64,000 bases of DNA, taken from contig OY970303.1 of NCBI GenBank assembly GCA_963716255.1, forward strand, positions 5,632,001-5,696,000, read 5' to 3'. This document shows positions 1 through 9,981 of the stretch, piece by piece. Numbering within the stretch: the first letter of the stretch is position 1; every line of letters begins with the position of its first letter. Origin of the DNA: an uncultured Gemmatimonadales bacterium (GTDB lineage: Bacteria; Gemmatimonadota; Gemmatimonadetes; Longimicrobiales; Longimicrobiaceae). The notes below the pieces were generated by a model. It worked only from the letters and a program-made list of their open reading frames with translations. It was not told where the DNA came from and made no database searches. The translations under genes were made by a program, and so were the position numbers.

Positions 1-499
1 CCGCGCGCTCCGCGCTCGCCAGGTCGGCGAGGAGCGTGCGCGGCAGGCCGCCGGGGCCGGCGAGCCCCTGCGCGGCCTGGTAGGTGAGGTCGTGCCCCGC
101 GCGGTCCCGCTCCGCGCCGGCATGCCCGAAGATCGCCACCTGGCAGAGCCGCGGAAACCGGGCGCGCAGCGCTTCCCATCCCAGCCCCAGCCGCTCCAGC
201 GCCGACAGGCGCGACGAGGTGACCAGCAGGTCCGCCGCGGCGAGCAGCCCGTCCAGCGCGCCGCGCCCCGCCGGGTCCTTGAGGTCCAGCCGCAGCACCT
301 CCTGCCCCGCCGCCAGCTTGCGGTACCACTCCGCGGAGTACGCCTCCAGCGGGTCTCCCGCCGGCGGCTCCACCTTCACGACGCGCGCCCCGAGCGCGCG
401 CAGCCGCGCGCACGCGACCGGCCCCGGCACGTTGGCCGCCAGCGAGACGACGCCGAAGCCGTGCAGGGGTAGGAAAGCCGAGGTCGTGTGGGAGTGCAT
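1..499 (-). CDS. CaiB/BaiF family CoA transferase (runs off the left edge)
   Basis: Manual translation from ATG at 499: MHSHTTSAFLPLHGFGVVSLAANVPGPVACARLRALGARVVKVEPPAGDP...LRLDLKDPAGR...GHDLTY, typical family III CoA-transferase motifs. Confidence 0.85.
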   Translation of the reverse strand, partial: MHSHTTSAFLPLHGFGVVSLAANVPGPVACARLRALGARVVKVEPPAGDPLEAYSAEWYRKLAAGQEVLRLDLKDPAGRGALDGLLAAADLLVTSSRLSALERLGLGWEALRARFPRLCQVAIFGHAGAERDRAGHDLTYQAAQGLAGPGGLPRTLLADLASAERA

Positions 500-550
500 G
501 GCAGCGAAGGCAGTGAGGAGAGTGGCGAAACCCGAGGGATACCACGGAGC

Positions 551-689
551 CGCGTGAGGGATTCCGGCCCGAAGGGGCGAGACCCGGCGGCAGTTTGCCG
601 GGGCTCGACTCCGTTGAGCAGCGTCGTTTGCTGCTCTACGGAGCCGAAGCCCGACCCCGGCGCCAGCCGGGGGCACGCCCGACCCCCGC
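551..689. repeat. Structured intergenic repeat family A, copy 1
   Basis: About 135-155 bp element GCGTGAGGGAT..CCCGAAGGGGCGAGACC...GGGCACGCCC, seen 9 times in the window. Confidence 0.95.
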
Positions 690-770
690 AGTTACCCCCC
701 GTGCAGTAAAACGTCAAGGGCGCCCCAAAAACCGGGACGCCCTCGACGATGCCGAAGACGGAAAGAGAGA

Positions 771-2726
771 TCAGCCGCTCGCGCCCACCTTGGTCGCCAC
801 CCGCTCGCCCGAGACCGGCGTGTCCAGCGGCACCTGCGGCCCGGTGCGCACCTTGAGCCCGCCGTCGGGAATCGCCTGGATGGCCCCCTCCTCCAGCCAC
901 GCGTACTTGCCCTTGAGCACGTCCTGCGCGACCCGGTACGTGGGATCGTCCGCGTTGGACCACAGCTCGTTGAACAGCTTGCGGATGCGGAGCCGCGCCC
1001 GCAGGCAGGCCAGGTCCGCCAGCCGCATCGCCTCCGCGCCGTGCGGCAGGCTCTTCATGCTCTGCGCGCGCACGCACGACGCCGAGATGGCGTACAGCTC
1101 CGCGCCGATGTCCACGAAGCGGCCCAGCAGCGCCTGCTTGCGCTCCAGCTTGCCCTGGTAGGTCGCCATCGCGCGGAACATGCTGCGGGCCAGCTTGCGC
1201 GAGGTCCGTTCGGCGTAGCGCAGGTGCTTCGCCAGCCGCCCGAACTCGCCGTACGAGGGGAGCTGCCCCCGCCCGAAGAACTGCTTGGGCAGCCACCCGG
1301 CGTAGAAGACACCCGCCTTCGCCATGGCGCCCACCTTGGTTCCCACGCTGGCCTTGGGGTTGATCAGCTCGCCGGCCACCGACAGGTGCGTGTCCACCGC
1401 CTCGCGGGCGATGAACAGGCGCATGATCTCCGAGGAGCCCTCGAAGATGCGGTTGATGCGGAAGTCGCGCAGCATGCGCTCCACCGCGATGGGGAGCTCG
1501 CCGCGCGCCGCCAGCGAGTCCGCGGTCTCGTAGCCGCGGCCGCCGCGGATCTGGAGCAGGTCGTCCACGATCCGCCAGCCGATCTCCGTGGTCCACAGCT
1601 TGGCGATGGCCGCCTCCAGGCGGATGTCGTTGCGCGCCTGGTCGGCCAGCGCGGACGACAGCTCGGCCATGGACTCGATGGCGAAGGTGTCCGCCGCCAT
1701 GCCGCCCAGCATCTGCGCAACCGCGTCGTGCTTGCCCACCGGGGCGCCCCACTGCACCCGCTCCGCCGCCCACTTGCGCGCGATCTCCACCGCCACCTTG
1801 GCGCCGTACGCGGCGCTCATGGGCAGGGTGAGGCGGCCGGTGTTCAGCGTCATCAGCGCCAGCTTCAGCCCCTTGCCCTCGCCCCAGATGATGTTCTCGC
1901 GGGGGACGCGGACGTTGTCGAAGCGGATCACCGCGTTCTGGATGGCCTTGAGGCCCAGGAAGCGGCAGCGGTGGGTGATCTCCACCCCCGGCGTGTCCAC
2001 CTCCACCACGAACGCGCTGATCTGGGGGATCTCCTTGCCGTTCTTGAGCTTGGGAGGGGTCCGCGCCATCACCACCAGGAGCTCGGCGATGGTGCCGTTG
2101 GTGCACCACAGCTTCTCGCCGTTGATGATGAACGCCGAGCCGTCCTCGGTGGGGGTGGCGGTGGTGGTCATCGCCGCCGGGTCCGAGCCCACCTCCGGCT
2201 CCGTCAGCGCGAACGCCGAGATGGCGCCCTTGGCCAGGCGCGGCAGGTACTTCTTCTTCTGCTCCGGCGTCCCGAACATCTTCAGCGGCTGCGGCACCCC
2301 GATGGACTGGTGGGCCGACAGGAGCGCGGTGAGGTTGCCGTCCTTGCTGGTGACCATGCCGATGGTGCGGCCGTACCCCACCTGCGACAGCCCGATGCCG
2401 CCGTACTCCTCGGGGATCTTGAGCCCGAAGGCGCCCAGCTCGCGCAGCCCGTCCACCATCTCCGGCGGGAGCTCCCCGGTCCGGTCGATGGCGTCCGAGT
2501 CCACCTCCTCCTCCATGAAGCGGCGCAGCTTCGCGATGTACGCGTCCGTCTTGCGCTTGTCCTCGGCGGCCTGCTGCGGGTACGGGTCGATCAGGTCCAG
2601 GCGGAAGTTCCCCAGGAACAGCTCGCGCACGAAGCTCGGCGCCGTCCACTCGGTCTCGCGAGCGGCCTCGGCGACGTCGCGCGACTCCTGCTCGCTGGGA
2701 GCGTTCCGGCCGTTGGTCTCACTCAT
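771..2726 (-). CDS. Acyl-CoA dehydrogenase family protein (ACAD9/VLCAD-like)
   Basis: AFALTEPEVGSD, INGEKLWCTNG, QIRGGRGYE and RIFEGSSEI motifs; GAGGAG RBS before ATG 2726. Confidence 0.93.
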   Translation of the reverse strand: MSETNGRNAPSEQESRDVAEAARETEWTAPSFVRELFLGNFRLDLIDPYPQQAAEDKRKTDAYIAKLRRFMEEEVDSDAIDRTGELPPEMVDGLRELGAFGLKIPEEYGGIGLSQVGYGRTIGMVTSKDGNLTALLSAHQSIGVPQPLKMFGTPEQKKKYLPRLAKGAISAFALTEPEVGSDPAAMTTTATPTEDGSAFIINGEKLWCTNGTIAELLVVMARTPPKLKNGKEIPQISAFVVEVDTPGVEITHRCRFLGLKAIQNAVIRFDNVRVPRENIIWGEGKGLKLALMTLNTGRLTLPMSAAYGAKVAVEIARKWAAERVQWGAPVGKHDAVAQMLGGMAADTFAIESMAELSSALADQARNDIRLEAAIAKLWTTEIGWRIVDDLLQIRGGRGYETADSLAARGELPIAVERMLRDFRINRIFEGSSEIMRLFIAREAVDTHLSVAGELINPKASVGTKVGAMAKAGVFYAGWLPKQFFGRGQLPSYGEFGRLAKHLRYAERTSRKLARSMFRAMATYQGKLERKQALLGRFVDIGAELYAISASCVRAQSMKSLPHGAEAMRLADLACLRARLRIRKLFNELWSNADDPTYRVAQDVLKGKYAWLEEGAIQAIPDGGLKVRTGPQVPLDTPVSGERVATKVGASG

Positions 2727-3104
2727 CAGTCCACTCTCCTCGGTGTGGGATCGGTACCCGCCGCGCGGCCGCTGTCGCACCGTCGGCCGCTCTGCGATCT
2801 CAACTTAGGAGTGAGCCAGGTTCAGGCAATAGACGGTCCGGAAAGAGGCGCGGGCGAAGCCCCGCCGGTGCATGTGCGCGGGCGGCCCGCGGTGTTCGCG
2901 CCCCCTTTGCACCCATCGTTGGTGGCGCCTTTGGGGCCTGTCCACGGGGCGATTTCGGAACGTGACGGATTTCGTATGAGGAAAGTCCCCAAAAGATCGA
3001 ATATTGGGATAAAAGGATTGGGTGCGTCCCCGGAAGGAGGGCTAGCTTACCACCAGGCTCGCCAAAGCTCCGGTGTAAACCCCCCATCACGAAGGACGCA
3101 CCCC

Positions 3105-3278
3105 ATGAAGAATGCACGCCTGCTGTGCAGCCTTGTCCTCGTCGGCGTCGCCGCCGCATGTTCCGCCGCCGCGCCCACCGGGCCGCTCCCGGACTCGCCC
3201 CGGAGCAGCACCTTCCTGGGCTCCGGGAGCGACACCCTGCCCAAGCCTCCGGCCGACACGACCAAACTGGGCGGCTGA
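3105..3278 (+). CDS. 57-aa lipoprotein-type peptide precursor with a single GSG core (R-SSTFLGSGS)
   Basis: MKNARLLCSLVLVGVAAAC signal peptide/lipobox, AAGGA RBS; core resembles those at 25116-26519; convergent with a TPR gene. Confidence 0.75.
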   Translation: MKNARLLCSLVLVGVAAACSAAAPTGPLPDSPRSSTFLGSGSDTLPKPPADTTKLGG

Positions 3279-3316
3279 ACGGCGCCGGGCCGCGCTTCCG
3301 CGGCCCGGGCCGGATC

Positions 3317-4612
3317 TCAGCCCACGGTCGCGTACTCGTCCAGGCTGCGCACGAGGTCCGTGGCCAGGCCGTCCACCTCCGAGGGGATCTCGGACGCGCG
3401 GTTCTCCTCCACCCTGCGCTCACCGCGGAGGGACTCGAGGACGGCGGCCGCGTCGTGGGCCACCATCGCCATCTGCCCCTGGGTCGCCAATGTTTCGGCC
3501 GTACGGGCGGCCTCCTCCGCCTCCGCCAGGTCGCCCAGCATCGTGGCCCCCCTGGCGAGGTCCACGAGCACGCCCGGCGCCACGCTGGGGTTCTCGTTGG
3601 CACGTGCCGCCCTCCAGATCTCCGTCCGGGCCTGGTCGAACGCCTCCCGGTCCCGCATGGCGCCGGCCGCGCGGGCGATGCTCCCGTCGAGGCCGAGCCT
3701 GTCGATGGAGGCGTGGAAGTGCGGACGGACTGCCTTGAACACCGCGAGCGCCGGGGCGAACTGCCCCCGGAGCGACCAGTAGTACGCCACGTCGTGGGCG
3801 AACGTCGGCAGGCGCGGGTTCTCCGCGTCGTACGCCTCGTAGGCGGAGCGCGCGAGCGCCTGCGTCTCGTCGTGATGCTCGCCGTGCGCGGAGATCACGA
3901 ACAGGCTGTGCAGCGACCGCGCCAGCAGGGTGCGCAGGCTGTGCCGCTTGGAAGCCCGGTAGGCGCGGATGAACAGCTGCTTGGCGACGGGGAGGTTGCC
4001 GCGCAGCAGGTACAGGTTGCCCAGCGCGTCGAACGCTTCCGCGTACGAGGCCCAGTCGCGCGCCTGGCGCGCCAGCCCGATGGTGCGGCGGAACCAGGTC
4101 TCCGACCGCGCGAGCTCCCCGCGGCGGCGGGCCACCTGGCCCACGCGCAGCCCGGCCGCCGCGTTGCCCGGGCAGGCGAAGGCCGCCGCCTGGGCGAAGG
4201 AGAGCGCGGTGGCGAGGCTTTCGCGGTTGTCGGCCCACTGCGAGATCTCGCGACAAGCGAGCATCACCTGCTCGCTGGAGGTCCCGGCGGGATCCTCGAG
4301 GATGCGCGCGATGGTGGCCAGCGCCGGCAGGATCGCGGCGTCGGGGTCGGCCGCCGCGATGGAGGCCGCGCGGCGCTTGCCCGCGTTCGGGCCGAAGAGG
4401 CCCGCACGGGACTCGGGCGGCGTGACGCTGGACCACAGGGAGATGTCGCGGACGGCCTGCCACAGGACGAGCCCCAGCTCGCCGGTGTACTCGCTGAGGA
4501 TCTCGGTTCCCTCGAGCGCTTCCGCGCCGTGCACGATCGCCGGGGGAACGTGCCACCGCCAGCGGCGGCGGGGCTTGCGGGGAGGGGCGTCGGGGCGGCG
4601 CGGCTGCTTCAT
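3317..4612 (-). CDS. TPR-like helical-repeat protein, paralog 1 (putative peptide receptor)
   Basis: TPR-like repeats (AFDALGNLYLLRGNLPVAKQLFIRA); no signal peptide; shares LW...TPPExRAGLF and ALxFAQAAA blocks with the 26516 and 27997 proteins. Confidence 0.85.
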   Translation of the reverse strand: MKQPRRPDAPPRKPRRRWRWHVPPAIVHGAEALEGTEILSEYTGELGLVLWQAVRDISLWSSVTPPESRAGLFGPNAGKRRAASIAAADPDAAILPALATIARILEDPAGTSSEQVMLACREISQWADNRESLATALSFAQAAAFACPGNAAAGLRVGQVARRRGELARSETWFRRTIGLARQARDWASYAEAFDALGNLYLLRGNLPVAKQLFIRAYRASKRHSLRTLLARSLHSLFVISAHGEHHDETQALARSAYEAYDAENPRLPTFAHDVAYYWSLRGQFAPALAVFKAVRPHFHASIDRLGLDGSIARAAGAMRDREAFDQARTEIWRAARANENPSVAPGVLVDLARGATMLGDLAEAEEAARTAETLATQGQMAMVAHDAAAVLESLRGERRVEENRASEIPSEVDGLATDLVRSLDEYATVG

Positions 4613-4886
4613 AAGATCAGCTCCGGACTGGGCACGGGAACCGGGAGGGAGTTTCTAGGGCTGTAGCATAGGATATAGCCGGGAGTGGAGATTTTCAATC
4701 AACTGGGGCTGCGGCAGGGCACATCCGGCGCAGAAGGAGCGGGTTGGGGCATTTCGCGTTCGGTACCGTCGAGCACCTTCCACGCAAGGTAGTCACGGCC
4801 GGGCGTTTCGTCCATGGATAGCTGTCGGGAAGTGTGGCATCGGGCGTGCGTTCCACCTCCGCCTACCCTGACCCGGAGCATCCGAC

Positions 4887-6395
4887 ATGAAGGTTCTCGT
4901 CACAGGCGGTACGGGGGTGGTGGGCAAGTCCGCCGTGGACCACCTCCTCCGGCGCGGGCACACCGTCCGCCTCCTTTCCCGCCACGCGGACGACGACGTC
5001 CGCCAGTGGGCCGCGGGGGTGGAGCCCCGCCCCGGCGACGTGGGCGACCCGGCGGCGCTGCGGGGCGCCGCCGACGGGTGCGACACGGTGCTGCACGTCG
5101 CGGGGATCGTGGCGGAGAGCCCTCCGGAGGCCACCTTCGACAAGGTCAACGTCCAGGGCACCCGCCACCTGGTGGAGGAGGCCGGCCGCGCCGGAGTGCG
5201 CCGCTTCGTGTACGTGTCGTCGCTGGGGGCGGAGCGGGGCGCCTCCGAATACCACCGCTCCAAGAAGGCGGCGGAGGACGTGGTCGCGGGCGAGTTCCCG
5301 GGCGAGTGGCTGGTGGTGCGCCCCGGCAACGTGTACGGCCCGGGCGACGAGGTGATCTCCCTGCTCCTCAAGATGGTTCGCACCCTCCCCGCCGTGCCGG
5401 TGGTGGGGGCGGGCGACCAGCCCTTCCAGCCCATGTGGGTGGAGGACCTGGGCGAGGCGCTCGCCATGGCGGCGGAGGGCGAGGGCGGGTCCGGCGCGGC
5501 GCTGGACATGGGCGGCCCCGAGCAGACCACCATGCGCGGCCTGTTCGACCTGCTCTCCGAGGTGACCGGCAAGAGCCCGCTGAGGATCCCCGTCCCGGAG
5601 TGGCTGGCGCGTTCGGGCGCGGGCGCCGCCGACGCGCTGGGGCTGGACCTGCCGGTCAACGCCGGCCAGGTGACCATGCTGCTGGAGGGCAACGTCGTCC
5701 CGCCGGGGCGGCCCAACGCGCTCTCTGCGGTGTTCGGGATCACGCCCACGCCGCTGCGGGAGGGTCTGTGCAAGCTGGCGGACGCACTCCCCGAGCGACT
5801 TCCTTCCGACGGTACGGGCGACCTGCACCGCCAGTGCTACTGGGCGGAGATCCGCGGGAGCCGGCTGAAGCCCCGCGACATCCTGGAACTGGTGCGCTCC
5901 GACCTGGACGGGCTGACCCCGGACGGGCTGGTGACGGCGGGCGCGGAGCCGGGGACCGAGAAGCGGATGGAGGTGGGCGAGACGCTCACGCTGGCCATCC
6001 CGCTGCGGGGGAACATCCAGGTGCGCGTGCAGGAGGTCTCGGACGACGCCGTCACCTGCGTCACCCTGGAGGGGCACCCGCTCTCGGGGGTGATCCGCTT
6101 CTCCGCGACCGGGAGCGGCGAGGCCACGCGGTTCGAGGTGCGGTCGTACACGCGGGCGTCGGGCCTGGTGGACCAGGTGGGGATGATGGTGGGCGGGCAC
6201 GCGGCGCAGCAGGCCACCTGGACGGGGATGGTGGAGGAGGTGGTGCGGCGCAGCGGGGGGCTGGCGGCGGACGGGGTGCACAGCGAGATGGACGCCGTGC
6301 CCGAGGAGGAGGCGGAGCGGATCGAGCGCTGGGTGGAGGAGATGGTGATGCGGCGGCGGCGCGGGGAGAGTCCGAGCTCGGGGGAGGGTGTGTAG
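4887..6395 (+). CDS. NAD-dependent epimerase/dehydratase (atypical SDR) with an extra C-terminal domain
   Basis: VTGGTGVVG Rossmann motif, YHRSK, RPGNVYGPGD. Confidence 0.88.
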   Translation: MKVLVTGGTGVVGKSAVDHLLRRGHTVRLLSRHADDDVRQWAAGVEPRPGDVGDPAALRGAADGCDTVLHVAGIVAESPPEATFDKVNVQGTRHLVEEAGRAGVRRFVYVSSLGAERGASEYHRSKKAAEDVVAGEFPGEWLVVRPGNVYGPGDEVISLLLKMVRTLPAVPVVGAGDQPFQPMWVEDLGEALAMAAEGEGGSGAALDMGGPEQTTMRGLFDLLSEVTGKSPLRIPVPEWLARSGAGAADALGLDLPVNAGQVTMLLEGNVVPPGRPNALSAVFGITPTPLREGLCKLADALPERLPSDGTGDLHRQCYWAEIRGSRLKPRDILELVRSDLDGLTPDGLVTAGAEPGTEKRMEVGETLTLAIPLRGNIQVRVQEVSDDAVTCVTLEGHPLSGVIRFSATGSGEATRFEVRSYTRASGLVDQVGMMVGGHAAQQATWTGMVEEVVRRSGGLAADGVHSEMDAVPEEEAERIERWVEEMVMRRRRGESPSSGEGV

Positions 6396-6410
6396 GACGG
6401 CTTTACGGCA

Positions 6411-6546
6411 GGGTCCGGGCGTGCCCCCGGTTGGCGCCGGGGTCGGGCTTCGGCTCCGTAAGCCCGCAAACAACGCGGGCTAACGGAGTCGAGCCCGCGC
6501 AAACAGCCGCGCGGTCTCGCCCCTTCGGGCCGAAATCCCTCACGCG
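6411..6546. repeat. Repeat family A, copy 2 (inverted relative to copy 1)
   Basis: Reverse-complement match to copy 1. Confidence 0.95.
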
Positions 6547-6573
6547 GGTCTCGCGCTGGTGTCCGCAGGCGGC

Positions 6574-6717
6574 CCCCTACCCCGCAAGCGGGAGAGGGGG
6601 GGCACTGCACGACGCCCCCGTCGTTGGCGCACCCTCTCCCAGAATGGCGCTTCACGCTTCGCGTGAACCGGAGGAAGGACCCGGGTGGCGAGTTTCAAGC
6701 GAGCCGGGTGAGGGCCC
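6574..6717. repeat. REP-like family C elements (CCCTCTCCC..GGGAGAGGG / CAAGCGAGCCGGGTGAGGGCC)
   Basis: Matches 9356-9412, 39212-39267 and 63705-63760; supplies the stop codon of the NHL gene. Confidence 0.7.
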
Positions 6718-8221
6718 TCGCGCTGCGCGATTCGCGCAGGCGGACGGTGTCCACGCGGCCGGTGCGCAGCTCCACCGTCCGCAGGGCGTGGTTGTTGGTG
6801 TCGGCCACGTAGGCGCGGGCGCCGTCCGCGGCGACGGCGATGCCGCCGGGCTCCCAGAAGCGGGCGAGCCCGGCCGGGCCGTCGGCGAGGCCGGGGGCGC
6901 CGCTCCCGGCGAAGGCGCGGGCCTCGCGGGTGGCGGGGTCGATCCGCTTGACGCGGTGGTTGTAGGTGTCCGCCACCAGCAGCGCCCGCTCCGCGGGCCA
7001 CCAGGCCACGCCCAGCGCGTGCTGGAGCCGCGCGTCGTCGCCGGCGCCGTCGCGGTCGCCGAAGTCGAAGAGGCCGGTGCCCACGATGGTGCCCGTCCCG
7101 CCGCCCGGCGCGGCCCAGCGGATGGCGGAGGCTTCCGCGTCGGCGAAGAAGATGCGCCCGCCGTCGGTCGCCAGGCCGCTGGGCTGGGCGAGCGCCGCCA
7201 TGGCGAGCGGCGCGTCGAAAAGCTCCTCGGCGCCGGAGCCCGCGTACGGCTCCGCCCGGCCCGCGGCGGGGTCGATTCGCCAGAGCTGGTGCGGGCCGGC
7301 CATGGCCACGTACAGCGCGCCCTCCCGCCAGAGCAGGTCCCACGGCGAGTTGAGCGGCTTCGACCGCGCCGCCCCTCCTTCCTCTCGTCGCCGCGCCTGC
7401 GCGCCCGTCCCCGCCAGCGTCGACACGGCGCCGCTCGCCAGCTCCACGGCGCGCACCAGGTGGTTCTCCGTGTCGGCCACGTACAGCGTTCCCCCGGCGG
7501 CGGCCAGGCCGTGCGGGGACCGGAACTCCGCCTCGCCGGCCGCTCCGTCGGCCCACCCCGCCCGTCCGCTCCCGAAGCTCCGCAGCACCCGCCCCGACAG
7601 GCTGTCCGCGGCGAGCCGCACCTCCAGGACGCGGTGGTGTCCCGTGTCCGCCACGAAAAGGCGGCCGTCCGGCGCCGCGTGCACCTTGGCGGGAAAGCGC
7701 AGGACCCCCGGCGCGGGCGGCGCGGTCCGCGCCTCCGCCGGGAGGGGCGCGGCGGCGCCCAGCTTGCCGGTCGCGCGCGCGTCCTCCACCGCGCCGCGGA
7801 GCACCTCGGCGAGCCGGGCGGCGGTGGTCTCGCCGGCGCGCGTGTGCAGCACGTACCCGGCGGGCGAGACCACCACCAGCGTGGGCCAGGCGCGCACGGC
7901 GTACTCGCGCCAGGTGCGGAACTGCCGGTCGTTGACCACGGGGTGCCGCACGCCCAGCCGCTCGCAGGCGCGGGCCAGGTTCGCTGTGTCCCGCTCGTTG
8001 GGGAACTTGCCGCAGTGCACCCCCACCACCGCCAGCTCGTCCGCCGGAAACAAGCGCTCCACCTCGCGCAGCTCCGGGACCAGGTGGATGCAGTTGATGC
8101 AGCCATAGCTCCAGAAGTCGAGCAGCAGGACGCGCCCGCGGAAGTCGGCCAGCGACAGGCGGCGGCCGCCGGTGTGGATCCACTCCAGCTCGGGCCGGAA
8201 GTCGGGGGCGCGGACGGCCAT
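6695..8221 (-). CDS. Thioredoxin-like plus NHL-repeat protein (NHLRC2-like)
   Basis: LLDFWSYGCINCIH, VVGVHCGKFPNE, repeated LYVADTxNHxVR NHL repeats. Confidence 0.92.
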   Translation of the reverse strand: MAVRAPDFRPELEWIHTGGRRLSLADFRGRVLLLDFWSYGCINCIHLVPELREVERLFPADELAVVGVHCGKFPNERDTANLARACERLGVRHPVVNDRQFRTWREYAVRAWPTLVVVSPAGYVLHTRAGETTAARLAEVLRGAVEDARATGKLGAAAPLPAEARTAPPAPGVLRFPAKVHAAPDGRLFVADTGHHRVLEVRLAADSLSGRVLRSFGSGRAGWADGAAGEAEFRSPHGLAAAGGTLYVADTENHLVRAVELASGAVSTLAGTGAQARRREEGGAARSKPLNSPWDLLWREGALYVAMAGPHQLWRIDPAAGRAEPYAGSGAEELFDAPLAMAALAQPSGLATDGGRIFFADAEASAIRWAAPGGGTGTIVGTGLFDFGDRDGAGDDARLQHALGVAWWPAERALLVADTYNHRVKRIDPATREARAFAGSGAPGLADGPAGLARFWEPGGIAVAADGARAYVADTNNHALRTVELRTGRVDTVRLRESRSARALTRLA

Positions 8222-8380
8222 GGACGCGCGGGGTCGAGAGACGCGGGGCGGGCCTGACCTGGCGCGAAAGGCAAGTTCCGAGCCCGTTTCCGGAAAGCGC
8301 GGCGGCGACATGTGTTTGGCACGATCTTCGCTTTCCGTGGCGGCGAGACCGTCGTTCACGAGAATCGCGAAGCGAGGCAC

Positions 8381-8974
8381 ATGTCCATACGCAGTAAGTG
8401 GTTGGCGATCGGCGCGGTGGCGCTCGCGGGGGCGGCGGCCACCCCCTTTGCGCCGGGGTCCGAGGCGGCCGCGGGGCCGGCTCCCGCGGCGGACGCGGTG
8501 CGGCTGGTGGTGGACCTTTCCGACCGGCAGCTGACCGTGGTGCAGGGCGACGACGTGGAGCGGACCTACTCGGTCGCCATCGGCAAGCCGGAGCATCCCA
8601 CTCCGCGCGGCGAGTTCCGCATCCAGCGGATCATATGGAACCCGCGGTGGGTTCCGCCCGATGCGTCCTGGGCGCGCGGCAAGCGGGCGCGCGGGCCCGG
8701 CGACCCCAGCAACCCCATGGGCCGGGTGAAGATGTTCTTCAAGGAGCCCGACTACTACGTGCACGGCACCCACCAGGAGGACTCCCTGGGCCAGGCGGAG
8801 TCGCACGGGTGCATCCGGATGCGCAACGAGGACGTGATCGACCTGGCCAAGGTGGTGATGGAGCACGGGGGCGAGAACCGCGAGCCGGGCTGGTTCCAGC
8901 GCGTGGTGAACCGGGTCACCAGCACCCAGGACGTGCGTCTCTCGCAGCCGGTGCAGTTCGAGGTGCGGGCATAG
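8381..8974 (+). CDS. L,D-transpeptidase (YkuD family)
   Basis: Signal peptide; YYVHGT...SHGCIRM catalytic motif. Confidence 0.93.
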   Translation: MSIRSKWLAIGAVALAGAAATPFAPGSEAAAGPAPAADAVRLVVDLSDRQLTVVQGDDVERTYSVAIGKPEHPTPRGEFRIQRIIWNPRWVPPDASWARGKRARGPGDPSNPMGRVKMFFKEPDYYVHGTHQEDSLGQAESHGCIRMRNEDVIDLAKVVMEHGGENREPGWFQRVVNRVTSTQDVRLSQPVQFEVRA

Positions 8975-9046
8975 ACCGCGCGCCCGTCCCGACCCGCGTG
9001 GAGCCGCCCGCACGGCGGCTCCACGCTTCATTTTCCAGGAGCAACC

Positions 9047-9355
9047 ATGCACCTCGTGCAGATCCTCCTCCCGGTCTATGACGACGAGGGCCGCGCGTTC
9101 GGGCGCGAAGCCTTTGCGCGGGTGCGCGAGGAGCTGACGGACCGCTTCGGCGGGGTGACGGCGCACCTGCGCTCCCCGGCGGAGGGCGCCTGGCGCGACC
9201 CCGGCGGCGAGGTGGACCGCGACGACGTGGTGATGATGGAGGTGATGGCGGAGGCGCTGGACCGCGCCTGGTGGGCGGAGTACCGCGCCGGCCTGGAGGC
9301 GCGCTTCCGGCAGGACGAGGTGGTCGCGCGGGCGATGGCGATGGAGCGGCTGTGA
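9047..9355 (+). CDS. Hypothetical protein
   Basis: AGGAG RBS, typical codon usage; MHLVQILLP...FGGVTAH. Confidence 0.8.
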   Translation: MHLVQILLPVYDDEGRAFGREAFARVREELTDRFGGVTAHLRSPAEGAWRDPGGEVDRDDVVMMEVMAEALDRAWWAEYRAGLEARFRQDEVVARAMAMERL

Positions 9356-9412
9356 GGGCCCTCACCCGGCTCGCTTGAGGCTCGCCACCCTCTCCCAGTT
9401 CTGGGAGAGGGG
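9356..9412. repeat. REP-like family C element
   Basis: Near reverse complement of 39212-39267. Confidence 0.8.
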
Positions 9413-9421
9413 GCCTGCCGT

Positions 9422-9560
9422 CGCGTGAGGGATTTCGGCCCGAAGGGGCGAGACCCGCGGGCAGTTTCGCGGGGCTCGACTCCGTTGAGCAGCGTTGTTT
9501 GCTGCTCTACGGAGCCGAAGCCCGACCCCGGCGCCAGCCGGGGGCACGCCCGACCCCGCC
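9422..9560. repeat. Repeat family A, copy 3
   Basis: Near-identical to copy 1. Confidence 0.95.
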
Positions 9561-9634
9561 GTTCAGCCGTCAAAAAAGTAGGGCCGGCCCGCACCGACGG
9601 ACCGGCCCCTTAACCCATTTACCGGGAAACCCCA

Positions 9635-9919
9635 CTACTCACGCGGCGGATCGCCGTGCTGGTAGGGAAGCTGGTTCATCAGGTACCGGACGACGCCGTC
9701 CACCTTGGAGGTGCGGAGCCGGTCCGTGCGGATGGTGACGAGGGTGGACGGCCCGTGCCGGTGGACCTCCAGCTCCACGCTGCCCTCGGCGCCCGCGTAG
9801 GCGGCCCCGTGACGCGACTCCCCGGTGCGCTCCAGCTCGGCGCGGGCGGTGAGCACCTCGTGCGCCGTCTCGAGCACCTGGCGCGTGGAAAAGACCGTGC
9901 TGCGCTCGTAGTCTGCCAT
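9635..9919 (-). CDS. Small hypothetical protein (94 aa)
   Basis: MADYERSTVFS...; purine-rich RBS; followed by a hairpin plus T-run terminator at about 9573-9610. Confidence 0.75.
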   Translation of the reverse strand: MADYERSTVFSTRQVLETAHEVLTARAELERTGESRHGAAYAGAEGSVELEVHRHGPSTLVTIRTDRLRTSKVDGVVRYLMNQLPYQHGDPPRE

Positions 9920-9981
9920 GTCCCTGGTATCTCCTGCGGAGCGCGGCGGCGCCGCGTCCGGTTGATCTTGGTTGCCTTCGC

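Noticed and set aside
551..689. Family A as a tRNA, known ribozyme, riboswitch or IS element
   Set aside because: No tRNA arms, hammerhead core, terminal inverted repeats with target duplication or transposase recognised by eye
488..709. Recurring short ORFs containing RACPRLAPGSGFGSV or RDFGPKGRDP
   Set aside because: These are translations of repeat family A in various frames; the variation preserves base pairing, not codons
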